Source of the DNA: a bacterium
GTDB taxonomy: Bacteria; Hinthialibacterota; Hinthialibacteria; Hinthialibacterales; Hinthialibacteraceae
Direction: 5' to 3'
Assembly (NCBI GenBank): GCA_963663405.2
Contig: CAXXSM010000108.1
Span: 1 to 39,793 of the forward strand
Length of the DNA stretch: 39,793 nt
In this document: in pieces, positions 10,805-21,352 of the stretch
Layout of the letters: the number at the start of each line of letters is the position of its first letter
How positions within the stretch are numbered: position 1 is the stretch's first letter
The notes under the pieces: model-generated
The model's input: the letters and a program-made list of their open reading frames with translations, nothing else
What the model was told of the DNA's origin: nothing
Database searches by the model: none
Made by a program: the position numbers and the translations under genes

Positions 10805-12925
10805 CTATTTCCCCCTTTTGCGTATCCGGGGAGCCCGTTTGCGTGGGGGAGTGGGGAGAGCTTTATCCGGTTGATCCAAACCGGTCTGTTCCAATTCAAC
10901 AATCTTGTCGCGGTAAACGGCCGCTTTCTCAAATTCAAGGTTTTTCGCGGCTTCAACCATACGCCGCTTCAATTCTGCGGTGATCTCTTTTTTGTTTTTC
11001 CCTTTTAGTTCCACCGAATCGGAGATCTGGAAGAGCAATTCTTCCGATTCGCGTTTTTTGACCGATCGTGTCTCCAAAATTGACCGCACGGATTTTTGGA
11101 TGGTTTTGGGAACGATGCCATGTTCTTCATTATACGCCAGCTGGATTTTCCGGCGGCGTTCCATCTCTTCGATCGCGCGATTCATGGATTTCGTCGGCTT
11201 GTCGGCGTACATAATGACTTCACCGGCGACGTTGCGGGCCGCGCGTCCGCAGGTTTGAATCAGAGAACGCTCGTCCCGCAAAAAACCTTCCTTATCCGCA
11301 TCGAGAATCGCCACGAGGGACACTTCCGGCAGATCGAGCCCTTCGCGGAGCAGATTGATCCCCACAATCACATCGAAATCACCGGCGCGCAACCCCTCCA
11401 AGATTTCCGCCCGTTCGATCGTGTCGATCTGAAAATGCAGGTACTGGACTTTCAGATTGAGTTCAAGCAGAAAATTTGAGAGGTCTTCGGCCATGCGTTT
11501 GGTGAGTGTGGTGACAAGCGCGCGTTCCCCCCGCTCGATGCGTTCGCGCAGACGCTCGATCAAATCGTCCACCTGCCCTGTCGCTGGGCGTACGATGATC
11601 TTTGGATCGACGAGACCGGTCGGACGGATCAATTGTTCCACGAGATTGTCACTCTTCGACCGTTCAAAATCCCCCGGTGTAGCGGACACGAAAATAGATT
11701 GATTGATACTGTTCCAGAATTCCTCGAAGGACAATGGCCGGTTGTCCAGCGCGGAAGGCAGGCGGAATCCGTAATCCACCAGCGTTGTTTTCCGGCTGCG
11801 GTCTCCTCCCCACATGCCGCGGATTTGCGGCAGCATGATATGCGACTCATCGACAATCAACAAATAGTCGTCAGGAAAGTAATCGATGAGAGTGCTGGGG
11901 GGCACGCCGGGATCACGCCCATCAAGGTGACGCGAGTAGTTCTCAATTCCCTGGCACATGCCGGTCTGCTGCATCATCTCCAGATCGTATAATGTGCGTT
12001 GTTCCAGCCGCTGCGCTTCGACCAGCTTGTTCTGCTTGCGTAATTCCTGTAACCGAATTTGAAGTTCTTCGCGAATGGTTTGGATGGCGCGCATGAGCCG
12101 TTCCGGCGCGGTGACGTAGTGCCGAGCGGGATAAATCGTGATGTTTCCATGCTCCCCCAGGACTTCTCCCGTTACGGGATTGATTCCCAGGATGCGATCT
12201 ACGTCATCCCCCCATAATTCGATCCGGAAGGGGTAATCGCCGTATCCCGGATATACCTCCACTACATCACCCCGGACGCGGAACGTGCCCCGCTGGAAAT
12301 CGATATCGTTGCGGCTGTACTGCAGATCGACCAACCGCCGGAGGAGTTTCTGACGGGGGATTGTATCACCTGTGGCGATGGGGATAATCATCTCGCGGTA
12401 ATCATCGGGCGATCCCAGGCCATAGATACAAGAGACGGAGGCGACAACGATTGTATCGCGCCGTTCCATCAGGTTCGTCGTCGCTTCGAGACGCAGACGT
12501 TCGATCTCTTCATTGATCGCGACATCTTTTTCGATGAAAAGATCTTTGGATGGAACGTACGCTTCGGGCTGATAGAAATCATAGTAAGAGACAAAATAAC
12601 CGACGGCGTTGTTGGGGAAGAATTCTTTAAATTCGCTGTACAATTGCGCAGCAAGGACTTTGTTATGTGAGATAACGAGCGTGGGCCGGTTTAGTTCTGC
12701 GATAACGTTGGCGACGGTGAATGTTTTACCACTACCGGTCACGCCGACCAAGGTTTGGAATTTCTGTTTCTCGCGAATTCCATTTAGAAGATTCTCGATC
12801 GCCGCCGGTTGGTCGCCTTTCGGCTTGTAGTCCGCCACGAGTTCAAAGGGGATCTCTTTAACACCCGCTTTCCGGCGCTCCGCGCTTTCGGTCAGGGCCG
12901 CGAGTTTATTTAACCGCATTACCAT
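10805..12925 (-). CDS. uvrB: Excinuclease ABC subunit B
   Basis: [54 protein letters not shown] and a C-terminal UVR domain. Confidence 0.97.
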   Translation of the reverse strand: MVMRLNKLAALTESAERRKAGVKEIPFELVADYKPKGDQPAAIENLLNGIREKQKFQTLVGVTGSGKTFTVANVIAELNRPTLVISHNKVLAAQLYSEFKEFFPNNAVGYFVSYYDFYQPEAYVPSKDLFIEKDVAINEEIERLRLEATTNLMERRDTIVVASVSCIYGLGSPDDYREMIIPIATGDTIPRQKLLRRLVDLQYSRNDIDFQRGTFRVRGDVVEVYPGYGDYPFRIELWGDDVDRILGINPVTGEVLGEHGNITIYPARHYVTAPERLMRAIQTIREELQIRLQELRKQNKLVEAQRLEQRTLYDLEMMQQTGMCQGIENYSRHLDGRDPGVPPSTLIDYFPDDYLLIVDESHIMLPQIRGMWGGDRSRKTTLVDYGFRLPSALDNRPLSFEEFWNSINQSIFVSATPGDFERSKSDNLVEQLIRPTGLVDPKIIVRPATGQVDDLIERLRERIERGERALVTTLTKRMAEDLSNFLLELNLKVQYLHFQIDTIERAEILEGLRAGDFDVIVGINLLREGLDLPEVSLVAILDADKEGFLRDERSLIQTCGRAARNVAGEVIMYADKPTKSMNRAIEEMERRRKIQLAYNEEHGIVPKTIQKSVRSILETRSVKKRESEELLFQISDSVELKGKNKKEITAELKRRMVEAAKNLEFEKAAVYRDKIVELEQTGLDQPDKALPTPPRKRAPRIRKRGK

Positions 12926-12982
12926 GAGTTCATATCCGTCTTTGTATTTTGTGGATACATTCCAGTTAACAACTCTTCTTTT

Positions 12983-14455
12983 TTAACGCTTTTTGCCACT
13001 TATCAATCGATGGGTGATTTTCGATCCCAGCGCGCCCGCGAGGCGCTTCCAGGAGATATTGGTCAATTCTTCATCCGTTACGGGTCGATTGATTTGTTTG
13101 CGAAGTTCGGATTGTTTCCAAACGATATATTCCAGTTTCTTCGCCATTTGGTAGTGCATGTAAAATTCATCTTTGGGGATATGTTCGTTCAAGTAGACGT
13201 ATTTCTCAAAGAAGAATTTCTTGTCATCTTGCAGATCTTCCGGTTCGAGAATAATTCCTGTCAGGTTTTTCTCATCAATCAAACCGCGTTTTGTGGCGTA
13301 ATCCCAGATTGGCGTCGCGGGTAAAACCATCAACGGGCCAATAACCAAGGCCGAGAGGGTGTCTAGGTTGTCGATAATAAAATCGAACGTCATCTGTAAA
13401 TCATCGCGGGTTTCACAGGGGGAGCCGATGATAAAACTCGGCGCCGCTTGCATACCGAATTGATGACATAAATCGACCGTTCGCTGTAAATGTTCGGGCT
13501 CCACGCCTTCTTTGGCCAAATACTGAAGCACACGGGGAGAGGCGGACTCGAATCCGAGCGTTAATGTCTTCACATTGAGTTGGAGCAGCGATTCAGCCAT
13601 CTCTTCGCGCATCTGATTGGCGCGCGCCGAGGCGGTAAAGTGAACCTGACCGAGAAGCCCCCGTTCAGCCAGGATTTTTCGAATCGCTTCCAGCCGCCTT
13701 CGATTACTCAGAAACAGGTCATCGAACGCGATGATATGTTCCGCGCCCCAAACCGTAGCGAGTTCTTCGATCTCATCAGCCACGTATTGGGGGGAGAAGA
13801 ACCGGTGTTTGGTTCCCCAATGCTTCACGGTGGAACAGAACGCGCAACGGAAGGGACAGCCCCGCGAAGTCATGATATGCGCGTGATTTTTGATCTTCCC
13901 CCAATGGTCCCCCAGAGCGGCGCGGTCGGGACGGGGGATGGTGTCCAATTGTTCGATCCGCGCCCGCGGAGGATTGAAGACCACACCATTGTCCCCTCGC
14001 CAAATGACGCCCGGAACTTTCGCGAGGCTTTGCGGTTCGAATCGTTTCTCGGCTTTGAAGAGTTCACACAAATCGAGAAACGTAATCTCTCCTTCGCCCA
14101 GCACACCGGCGTCAAAAATCCGGGGCAGCCGTTCGGGCATCGCCGTGATCTGGTTCCCACCGATGATGACGGGCACGCCCAATTCCGCTTTAACTCGCTC
14201 CGCCGCGCGGATAGCGACGTTGAAATTATACGTGGCGCTGGAGATGGCGGCGAGATCGGGTTTCTGCGCGATCAGATCCTCGATCCGCCGCTCGATCGTC
14301 ACCTCAAATCCGGAACCATAGTGTTTCAGATAGGAGGAGAGATAGGCCAACCCTAAAGGCGGCCCAACGGACCAATCTTTATCCCGTTCTTCAACAACCG
14401 CTAGAAACAGACCTGCTTTCATCGATGCGCTCATCCAGCGCTCCCGGCGCCGCAT
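12983..14455 (-). CDS. B12-binding domain radical SAM protein
   Basis: PPLGLAYL and GEGE cobalamin-binding region, plus SRGCPFRCAFC (CxxxCxxC) and GFES. Start position is uncertain. Confidence 0.88.
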   Translation of the reverse strand: MRRRERWMSASMKAGLFLAVVEERDKDWSVGPPLGLAYLSSYLKHYGSGFEVTIERRIEDLIAQKPDLAAISSATYNFNVAIRAAERVKAELGVPVIIGGNQITAMPERLPRIFDAGVLGEGEITFLDLCELFKAEKRFEPQSLAKVPGVIWRGDNGVVFNPPRARIEQLDTIPRPDRAALGDHWGKIKNHAHIMTSRGCPFRCAFCSTVKHWGTKHRFFSPQYVADEIEELATVWGAEHIIAFDDLFLSNRRRLEAIRKILAERGLLGQVHFTASARANQMREEMAESLLQLNVKTLTLGFESASPRVLQYLAKEGVEPEHLQRTVDLCHQFGMQAAPSFIIGSPCETRDDLQMTFDFIIDNLDTLSALVIGPLMVLPATPIWDYATKRGLIDEKNLTGIILEPEDLQDDKKFFFEKYVYLNEHIPKDEFYMHYQMAKKLEYIVWKQSELRKQINRPVTDEELTNISWKRLAGALGSKITHRLISGKKR

Positions 14456-14484
14456 TGTTCGTTATATTTCTCTTTTATTCTACC

Positions 14485-15192
14485 TTACGTTTTCTTAATC
14501 TTGAATGCGTTCCAAGGATATACGTCCGGCGGGGCGCTGTGGAAGACAAGAATTTCCTTTGAAACAGGATGGCTAAGGGTGAGTTTGGTGGACCAGAGCG
14601 CGAGGCTGCGATTTGGTGGATTTAATTCTCTTCCATATTTTTGGTCGCCGTATAATGGATGCCCCAATGCGGCGAACTGGACGCGAATCTGATGAGGGCG
14701 GCCGGTTTTTAAATCCACCTCGGCGAGACTGAGATCCTGCGCGCTTTCAACAATTGTGTATTCCAAAATCGCTTCCTTGCTGTGATCGATCGCGTGAGAG
14801 AACGCTTCCACCATGTTGGTTTGTCTATTTTTAATGAGAAAATGCCGCAACCGGCCGCTGCGTTTTAGCGGAACGCCGCACAGCACGGCAAGATAAGTTT
14901 TTTGAATCGCGTTTTTCCGGATCTGATCTGATAAGCGGGACGCCGCTTTCGAAGTTTTCGCGAAGACCATCACGCCTCCGGCGGGTTGATCCAAGCGGTG
15001 AAGCAAGCCTAGGTAGACGTTCCCTGGTTTGTTATACCGTTCTTTGAGATCCGCTTTCAGCAGCGTCAACATATCCGGCGCGCCGGTGCGATCTTCCTGC
15101 GATAAAACGCCGGGAGGTTTTTCAACCACCAGCAGGTGGTTATCTTCATGGAGGATAGGGATTTTGGACGCTTTCGATTTACGAACATTCAC
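14485..15192 (-). CDS. RluA-family RNA pseudouridine synthase
   Basis: VVEKPPG, HRLD catalytic motif, TGRPHQIRV and GDQKYG. Confidence 0.92.
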   Translation of the reverse strand: MNVRKSKASKIPILHEDNHLLVVEKPPGVLSQEDRTGAPDMLTLLKADLKERYNKPGNVYLGLLHRLDQPAGGVMVFAKTSKAASRLSDQIRKNAIQKTYLAVLCGVPLKRSGRLRHFLIKNRQTNMVEAFSHAIDHSKEAILEYTIVESAQDLSLAEVDLKTGRPHQIRVQFAALGHPLYGDQKYGRELNPPNRSLALWSTKLTLSHPVSKEILVFHSAPPDVYPWNAFKIKKT

Positions 15193-15202
15193 GGCTCGAA
15201 TC

Positions 15203-16111
15203 CTAACAGGACCAGCGGCCGAAAATCGACATAGAGAGTTTCCGTTCGGCCCGCCTTGGTTTGAGAATCAATTCACCGGTTTGGATAGAGCCACTGAAAT
15301 CCTGTGTCAGTTCGCGCAGGAGGCCTTCGAGCAGGATCGAGGATTGATCTGTCGAGTACATCGTCAACACGATAAAAATCGGCTTGTCACTTAATATGTT
15401 CCGGCAGGCGTTCAACAATTCCAACAGGTCTTTCTCGACCTTCCAGACTTCTCCTTTCGGACCGCGCCCGAAGGCGGGTGGATCGAGAATGATGGCGTCG
15501 TATTTCCGGTTGCGGCGCGCTTCGCGTTTCACAAATTTCATGCAGTCGTCAGCGATCCACCGGATGGGGGCATCCTCCAATCCGGATAGTTTCTGATTGA
15601 CTTTCGCCCATTCAATCACGCCCCGCGCTGAATCGACGTGGGTGACGCGGCAGCCTTCCTTGGCGGCGGCGAGGCTGGCGGCGCCCGTATAGGCGAACAG
15701 GTTCAAGACGTCCAAAGAAGACCGTTTCGATTGTTGAATCTGTTTTCGCATCCATCGCCAGTGCGCAATGTTTTCGGGGAAGACGCCGACTTGTTTTGAG
15801 TTGGAGGAGATCCGGGCTTGGAATGTTAAATCATCGAAGCGTAAATTCCACTCCCGTTCGATTGAAGAAAGAAACGACCAGCCCGCCTTGCCGCTGTCAC
15901 TATGAATCGCGTCCGCGTTTTTCCACTGATTTGGAGACAGCGCCGGTTTCAACCAGGCTTTCGGCTCATCACGGACAATCGTGTATTTCCCAAACCGCTC
16001 TATTTTTCTCCGGCCGCCGAAATCGAGCAACTCATAGTCATCACAATCATTCCATTCCGCAAGGATGGTCTGTTTCCGCTGAGGGGCTGGTTTGGGAGAT
16101 TTTTTATTCAT
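15203..16111 (-). CDS. Class I SAM-dependent methyltransferase (RlmI/RlmK-like)
   Basis: LNLFAYTG, THVDS and IILDPPAFGRGP. ATG 16111 is the likely start; 16126 is possible. Confidence 0.85.
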   Translation of the reverse strand: MNKKSPKPAPQRKQTILAEWNDCDDYELLDFGGRRKIERFGKYTIVRDEPKAWLKPALSPNQWKNADAIHSDSGKAGWSFLSSIEREWNLRFDDLTFQARISSNSKQVGVFPENIAHWRWMRKQIQQSKRSSLDVLNLFAYTGAASLAAAKEGCRVTHVDSARGVIEWAKVNQKLSGLEDAPIRWIADDCMKFVKREARRNRKYDAIILDPPAFGRGPKGEVWKVEKDLLELLNACRNILSDKPIFIVLTMYSTDQSSILLEGLLRELTQDFSGSIQTGELILKPRRAERKLSMSIFGRWSC

Positions 16112-16205
16112 TCCTATTGGAGACACAGTTCAAAAGCGCTTGTATATTCTTAAATATTGTAGAATAGGAGATTAGATACTGAAGGACGGTAGTGAATTGT
16201 GTAAC

Positions 16206-16287
16206 TGTCAGAATCTGGATAGCCAGGATAACTTGATCAATATAAATCCTGAGTATCCTGATCATCAAGACCATCCAGATTCTGACA
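16206..16287. repeat. Intergenic inverted repeat with perfect 15-bp arms
   Basis: TGTCAGAATCTGGAT (16206-16220) pairs with ATCCAGATTCTGACA (16273-16287); inner CAGGATA/TATCCTG. Confidence 0.75.
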
Positions 16288-16376
16288 AAAAACTTTGTTT
16301 AAAGAAATATACAAAACCATTCCACCACCTTACAATCGGATACAGTTGGCAAATATGCAATCAACGAGTATCGGCC

Positions 16377-17447
16377 ATGATTAATCCAAAGATTTTGAAA
16401 AAACTGAAAAAAAGCGCGGCGGTCTGGAATCAATGGAGGATGGAGAATCCGGAAGGGCCGCTGGATCTGAGCTGGGTGGATTTGAGCGGCTTGAATCTTC
16501 GTACAGTAAATCTGCGGAGCGCGATTCTCACTGAGGCGGATTTTGTCGGGACGGATCTTTACGGCGCCGACTTGCGCGGCGCGAATCTGACGTGGGCGGA
16601 TCTGAGCCACACGGATCTTCAAACAGCGAATCTGTGCAACGCCAATCTCACTCACACCAATCTCAGCGGCGCCGATCTAAAAGAAGTGAATCTGATCGGC
16701 GCGCATCTGAACGGGACGAACTTGCGTAAAGCAAACCTGACAGGCGCAATACTGCATGACACCTTTTTCTCATCAACCCAGCTGGCCGGGGCCAATTTCT
16801 CGAAAGCGAAAGTCTGGGACACACTTTTCGCGGATGTTGATTTACGCGATGCGCAGGGTCTGGAATCGGTTATTCAGGAAGGCCCATCGACGATCGGCGT
16901 GGATACCCTGTACCGCTCCAACGGGAAGATTCCCCCCGCGTTTTTGAGCAATGCGGGAATCCCGGAGAATTTAATCGCGCAAATTAAATCATTGACAACC
17001 ACGCAAATACCCTTTGATTCGTTCTTCATACGAGGAAGCGCGCAGGATCGCCAATTTTGTGAAATCTTATGGAATGAATTAAAGAACAAAGGCGTCCGAA
17101 ATTGGATTTTATTGGATAGCGCTTTTGAAAATGAATCGGTGAAACGAAAAAGCCGCGGCCTTTACCAGAGTCATTGTAAACTGATTCTCGTTTGCTCTAA
17201 GCATTCGCTTGAGAGTGATTGGATCGAGGAAGAAATCGGCCGGGCGATCGATAGTGAGATCCAGGAGAAGACAGCGGTTCTTTTCCCTATCATCCTCGAC
17301 CGCTTTTACGAACAGTGGGATAATCCCCGCCAACCCAATATCACCGAATCGCTCGCGGGGGATTTCACACAATGGAAACAGAATCCGCATTCGTTCCAGA
17401 CGAATTTACAACGTCTTATTCATGCGTTGCGCGGAATTGAGGAATAA
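16377..17447 (+). CDS. Pentapeptide-repeat + TIR domain protein
   Basis: More than 20 A(D/N)Lxx pentapeptides followed by a TIR_2-like C-terminus (DRQF...L...KGVRNW, LILVCSKHSLESDWIEEEI, VLFPIILD, DFTQW). ATG 16377 is the likely start. Confidence 0.85.
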   Translation: MINPKILKKLKKSAAVWNQWRMENPEGPLDLSWVDLSGLNLRTVNLRSAILTEADFVGTDLYGADLRGANLTWADLSHTDLQTANLCNANLTHTNLSGADLKEVNLIGAHLNGTNLRKANLTGAILHDTFFSSTQLAGANFSKAKVWDTLFADVDLRDAQGLESVIQEGPSTIGVDTLYRSNGKIPPAFLSNAGIPENLIAQIKSLTTTQIPFDSFFIRGSAQDRQFCEILWNELKNKGVRNWILLDSAFENESVKRKSRGLYQSHCKLILVCSKHSLESDWIEEEIGRAIDSEIQEKTAVLFPIILDRFYEQWDNPRQPNITESLAGDFTQWKQNPHSFQTNLQRLIHALRGIEE

Positions 17448-17571
17448 GGAAAATCAAATTGCCCAGGATTATTTGATTCTAGTAGGAATTGCTTTATAAA
17501 ATTAAAACTAGGAATTTTACTACAATTTACCTAATTTAATCCGGCGGTTTATACCCATTCGACCTCAGGGG

Positions 17572-17910
17572 TTATAGCGCATCTTCATCCCGCTCACCGG
17601 TTCGGATTCGGACCGCTCCTTTCACGTTATAAATAAAAATTTTCCCGTCTCCAACTTGTCCCGTAGCTACGGATTTCCGGATCGCGGAAATGATCTCTTC
17701 TTCTTGTTCCGCTTTCGCCAAAAGTTCCACTTTGATTTTTGAAATGAAATGAACGGTGTATTCCCGGCCGCGATAGATTTCGCTGTGACCCTTCTGACGG
17801 CCATACCCTCTTACTTCGGTGACGGTCATTCCTGTGATTCCAAGTGATTCCAATTCTTCGCGAAGTTCATCTAATTTATGCGATCGGATGATCGCTTCAA
17901 CTTTTATCAT
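17572..17910 (-). CDS. glnB: Nitrogen regulatory protein P-II (GlnB/GlnK)
   Basis: 112 aa from ATG 17910. GMTVTEVRGYGRQKG, T-loop YRGREY (Tyr51), TGQVGDGKIF and RIRTGE. glnB and glnK cannot be distinguished. Confidence 0.93.
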   Translation of the reverse strand: MIKVEAIIRSHKLDELREELESLGITGMTVTEVRGYGRQKGHSEIYRGREYTVHFISKIKVELLAKAEQEEEIISAIRKSVATGQVGDGKIFIYNVKGAVRIRTGERDEDAL

Positions 17911-18120
17911 TGCACAGCCTCTCATTTGACATTTTTGTAAGACACGAAAGACATTTTTGAATATCCTTCTGGTAATAATAATATGATTTATTCTCATAAG
18001 TCAAGAATTGACAGCAAGTAAAGTTAAAAGTTGATTGGACTTCTTTAGGTCTTACGTAGAATCTTCATTTGCGATATATTACAAAATTGTTCTATTGCCA
18101 AAATTGTATGGATTGATATC

Positions 18121-18136
18121 GTTACAAATTCGTAAC
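18121..18136. promoter_or_regulatory. Candidate nitrogen-regulator operator GTTAC-N6-GTAAC
   Basis: Palindromic GTTACAAATTCGTAAC in the AT-rich divergent P-II/amtB intergenic region. Confidence 0.35.
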
Positions 18137-18276
18137 ATAGCCGGGATTCAATAGATTTCATTGCGCTGATGGGATAGACCGATCTTGGATTCACATTCTT
18201 CTATCTAGAAAGAAGGAAAGAATCTTAAAGACCGGATCTATATATTGGCCGTGATCATATATTCTCGGAGGATGTT

Positions 18277-19596
18277 ATGAAACAATCAAAACGGTATTGG
18301 TATTATGTGTGTGTATTGGGATTGATCGTCTTGCCCCTCTCCTCATGGGCGGGTGAAGAAACGGCTGTTGACTCGGGGGCGACGGCTTGGATGCTTACCT
18401 CCACCGCGTTCGTTCTGTTGATGATTCCTGGTTTGGCTATGTTTTATGGTGGTCTTGTTCGCGTGAAGAACGTGCTCAGCACGATGATGCATAGTTTTGT
18501 ATGTTTGGCGATCATCGGCGTTCTTTGGGTAGTCTTAGGATATTCCCTTTGTTTTGGAAATAATATCGCATGGGGATTTTGCGGGTGGAATTGGGACTAT
18601 TTCTTTCTTCAAGGAATTGATGATGTGATAACCAATAGCGTTCCTGAATATGTTCTGGCGATGTTTCAAGGGAAATTCGCCATTATTGCGCCTGCGTTGA
18701 TTTCCGGGGCCTTGGCCGAACGAGTTTATTTCAGGGGATATTGTTTGTTTATCACATTATGGTTTTTGTTTGTTTATTGTCCTCTTTGTCATTGGGTGTG
18801 GGCATCGGATGGATGGTTATTCAACGCGGGTGTAATCGATCTAGCCGGGGGGTTTGTGATTCATATATCCGCCGGTTTCAGCGCTTTGGTGGTGGCATTA
18901 TATCTGGGGAAGCGGTTGGGCTATCCCAACACAGCGGTGAATCCCAACAATTATGTCATGACAATGATGGGCGCCGGTTTGCTATGGGTGGGTTGGTTTG
19001 GATTTAACGCGGGATCGACCATACAAAGCGGTCTCGAAACAGCTCGCGCTCTTACAATGACTCAAGTATCCGCCGCCAGTGGGGCGCTGACCTGGATGTT
19101 AATCGAAGCGATCTTGTTCCGAAAAGCAACTTCCTTGGGATTTGTTTCGGGGATTTTGGCTGGTCTCGTTGCGATCACACCCGCCGCAGGTGTTGTGAAA
19201 CCGTACGGCGCCATTATCATCGGATCGTTATCTTCCGTCGCCTGTTACCTCGCCCTGAAAGCAAAGGACTTTTTTGGGTACGACGATAGTTTGGATTGTT
19301 TTGGAATTCATGGCGTAGGCAGCGGTTTGGGCGTATTGCTTCTTTCATTTTTTATCCGGAAATCATGGATTGATTCCGTTATCTCATCCGCGGGACATTG
19401 GTCTGTTTGGGATCAATTGGCAATCCAATTCATGGGATTCTGCACGACGATTGTATTAGCGAGTATTGTGACTCTGATCATCTGTGTCATCGTTGAAAAA
19501 ACTGTAGGTTTCCGGGTGAATGAAGAAACCGAGATCAACGGACTCGATTATTCTCTGCATGGCGAACAGGGTTACGGTTTAATTGGCCCGCGCTAA
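18277..19596 (+). CDS. amtB: Ammonium transporter
   Basis: PGLAMFYGGLVR, DLAGGFVIH, WVGWFGFNAGS, GLVAITP and DDSLDCFGIHG, with the twin His intact. Confidence 0.95.
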   Translation: MKQSKRYWYYVCVLGLIVLPLSSWAGEETAVDSGATAWMLTSTAFVLLMIPGLAMFYGGLVRVKNVLSTMMHSFVCLAIIGVLWVVLGYSLCFGNNIAWGFCGWNWDYFFLQGIDDVITNSVPEYVLAMFQGKFAIIAPALISGALAERVYFRGYCLFITLWFLFVYCPLCHWVWASDGWLFNAGVIDLAGGFVIHISAGFSALVVALYLGKRLGYPNTAVNPNNYVMTMMGAGLLWVGWFGFNAGSTIQSGLETARALTMTQVSAASGALTWMLIEAILFRKATSLGFVSGILAGLVAITPAAGVVKPYGAIIIGSLSSVACYLALKAKDFFGYDDSLDCFGIHGVGSGLGVLLLSFFIRKSWIDSVISSAGHWSVWDQLAIQFMGFCTTIVLASIVTLIICVIVEKTVGFRVNEETEINGLDYSLHGEQGYGLIGPR

Positions 19597-19734
19597 GCGT
19601 ATCTGATAAAAGATGCGAAGAAGATCATACGAAAGCCGATTGGAGACAGAAGCAGGAAGATACGATCTGAATGATAGTGTTAATTACCGAGGCGCTATTC
19701 ATTGAATCAATAGCATGAATACAGGCATTCCTTT

Positions 19735-21351
19735 TTAGAACATTTCCCACTCGATATAACCGGGACTGACATTCACCATGGCGTTGACCATCAGTTCGAC
19801 CAGCCCACCATAATTGATGCTGCATTTGTTCCAAAGATCGTAATACTTAATGAGATCACGCATCGCGCCTTTGCAATTCGAGCAGGGCGCGCAGACGTAT
19901 TTCTTAATCGAGGGATCGAGTTCCTTTTCAAACGCTTTGAGGATCTGATCGAATTTTTTCCGGCTGGCCACTTGATTGCGCCAATCTTCGAAGTTATGAC
20001 CGGACATAATGGCGAAACCCGATCCACCCCCGCAGCAATAGTTATGTACTCCATGCGGCGTCATCTCGCGAAATTGCGGGCAGATCTTTTTGAGAATCCG
20101 GCGCTGGGGCTGAACGATGCCCATTAAACGAACCATGTTGCAGGGATCGTGCAAAGTGACGGGGAAGTCGTTCCGCGAGGGATCAAATTCGAGTTTGCCG
20201 GACGAGACGATATCATCAAGCAGCGTCATGGCGCTCTCACGGTGGATATTAAGGTCGCCGGTCAACACACGGTCGGCGATAACGGTGAGCGCTTTGTGCG
20301 CGTGGCCGCATTCCCCAAGAACAATCTTTTTGACACCGAGTTTCAGGGCGGCTTTCGCGTGTTTGATGGCCACTTTGGCGAGCATGACATCGTCATAAAA
20401 CAGACCGTAATTGATGTTGTCATATCCAAGCGCGTCTTGTGATTCGGATGAGAGAGTCCAGCTGATACCGGCGGATTCCAGGATCGTCGCGAACGCGCCA
20501 TGGTTTTCCGGCCAGGCCAGAATTTCTCCCGCATTGTGGATCAACAGCACATCGGCGCCCTCTTTGTCCCAAGGTGTCTCGATCGTTAAACCTGTTTTTT
20601 CAGATGTGTCTTCATCAATGAATTCGATGTTGTCTTTTACAACGACGGGATTCATACCCGTCGAGGAACCGGATTTCAGTTGGAGCAGTGATCCATCTTC
20701 ATGGAGTTCCCGTGGTGAGATATTTAACTCCTGGCTGAAGAGTTTGCGGAGATCGTGCGCGATCAGGCCGTTGTCGACACCGATCGGGCAAGTCTGCGCG
20801 CAGCGGCGGCAGAGATTACAGCGGTAAGCCAGTTCAGCCAGGCGCAAGACGGTTTTCCAATTGAGATCAATATCACCGTGACGCCACTTCCCGAAAAACT
20901 TGCCGCCGGGTTTGAAATATTTGAAATAGAGGCGCCGGAGGATTTCAGACCGGTAGGTCGGCCGGTAGATATCCATTCCCCCGCTCGCTTCATAAAGGTG
21001 ACAGGCTTCGACACACGTCTGACACCGGGCGCAGTTCTCCATCGAAAGCACTAATGGCTGTAGGAAGGTCCAATTGTTCTCCTTGCTGAATAATTTTTCG
21101 AGGCCGGAGAGAAATTTATTTACTAATTCGCGTTCTTCCTCTTCATTCTTCGGTTTCGGAATGGAGAGAGCGATGGTATCGTCCAGGCACGAGCAGAACT
21201 GTTCCTTGGCTTTATCCGTCAACGGCTTGAACGGGGGCAGATTTTTGGGATCGTCGAAGGGCGCCAGCAGGGGCGGTTGATTCTCTTGCTCCACATGGGC
21301 CAATTGATCGGACGGTTTGCTGATATCTTCTATTTTCAAGCGTTTTTTCAT
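19735..21351 (-). CDS. DsrK/HmeD/HdrD-like Fe-S protein with CCG domains
   Basis: CxxCxxCxxxC twice (CARCQTCVEAC, CNLCRRCAQTCP), plus ECGH, HDPC, NYCCGGG and CAPCSNC. Confidence 0.85.
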   Translation of the reverse strand: MKKRLKIEDISKPSDQLAHVEQENQPPLLAPFDDPKNLPPFKPLTDKAKEQFCSCLDDTIALSIPKPKNEEEERELVNKFLSGLEKLFSKENNWTFLQPLVLSMENCARCQTCVEACHLYEASGGMDIYRPTYRSEILRRLYFKYFKPGGKFFGKWRHGDIDLNWKTVLRLAELAYRCNLCRRCAQTCPIGVDNGLIAHDLRKLFSQELNISPRELHEDGSLLQLKSGSSTGMNPVVVKDNIEFIDEDTSEKTGLTIETPWDKEGADVLLIHNAGEILAWPENHGAFATILESAGISWTLSSESQDALGYDNINYGLFYDDVMLAKVAIKHAKAALKLGVKKIVLGECGHAHKALTVIADRVLTGDLNIHRESAMTLLDDIVSSGKLEFDPSRNDFPVTLHDPCNMVRLMGIVQPQRRILKKICPQFREMTPHGVHNYCCGGGSGFAIMSGHNFEDWRNQVASRKKFDQILKAFEKELDPSIKKYVCAPCSNCKGAMRDLIKYYDLWNKCSINYGGLVELMVNAMVNVSPGYIEWEMF

Positions 21352-21352
21352 G

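Noticed and set aside
11425-11445. UvrB YLHFQIDT instead of the usual YLHS-x-IDT
   Set aside because: A single substitution in an assembly that appears error-prone; not interpretable.
13580-14356. Long antisense ORFs (this one, and e.g. 35884..36432 and 38448..38978)
   Set aside because: They lie opposite well-supported genes and lack motifs.
16197-16376. N-terminal extension of the TIR protein
   Set aside because: It translates the palindromic repeat; ATG 16377 fits better.
17911-17997. Extended P-II N-terminus
   Set aside because: The canonical 112-aa P-II begins at 17910.
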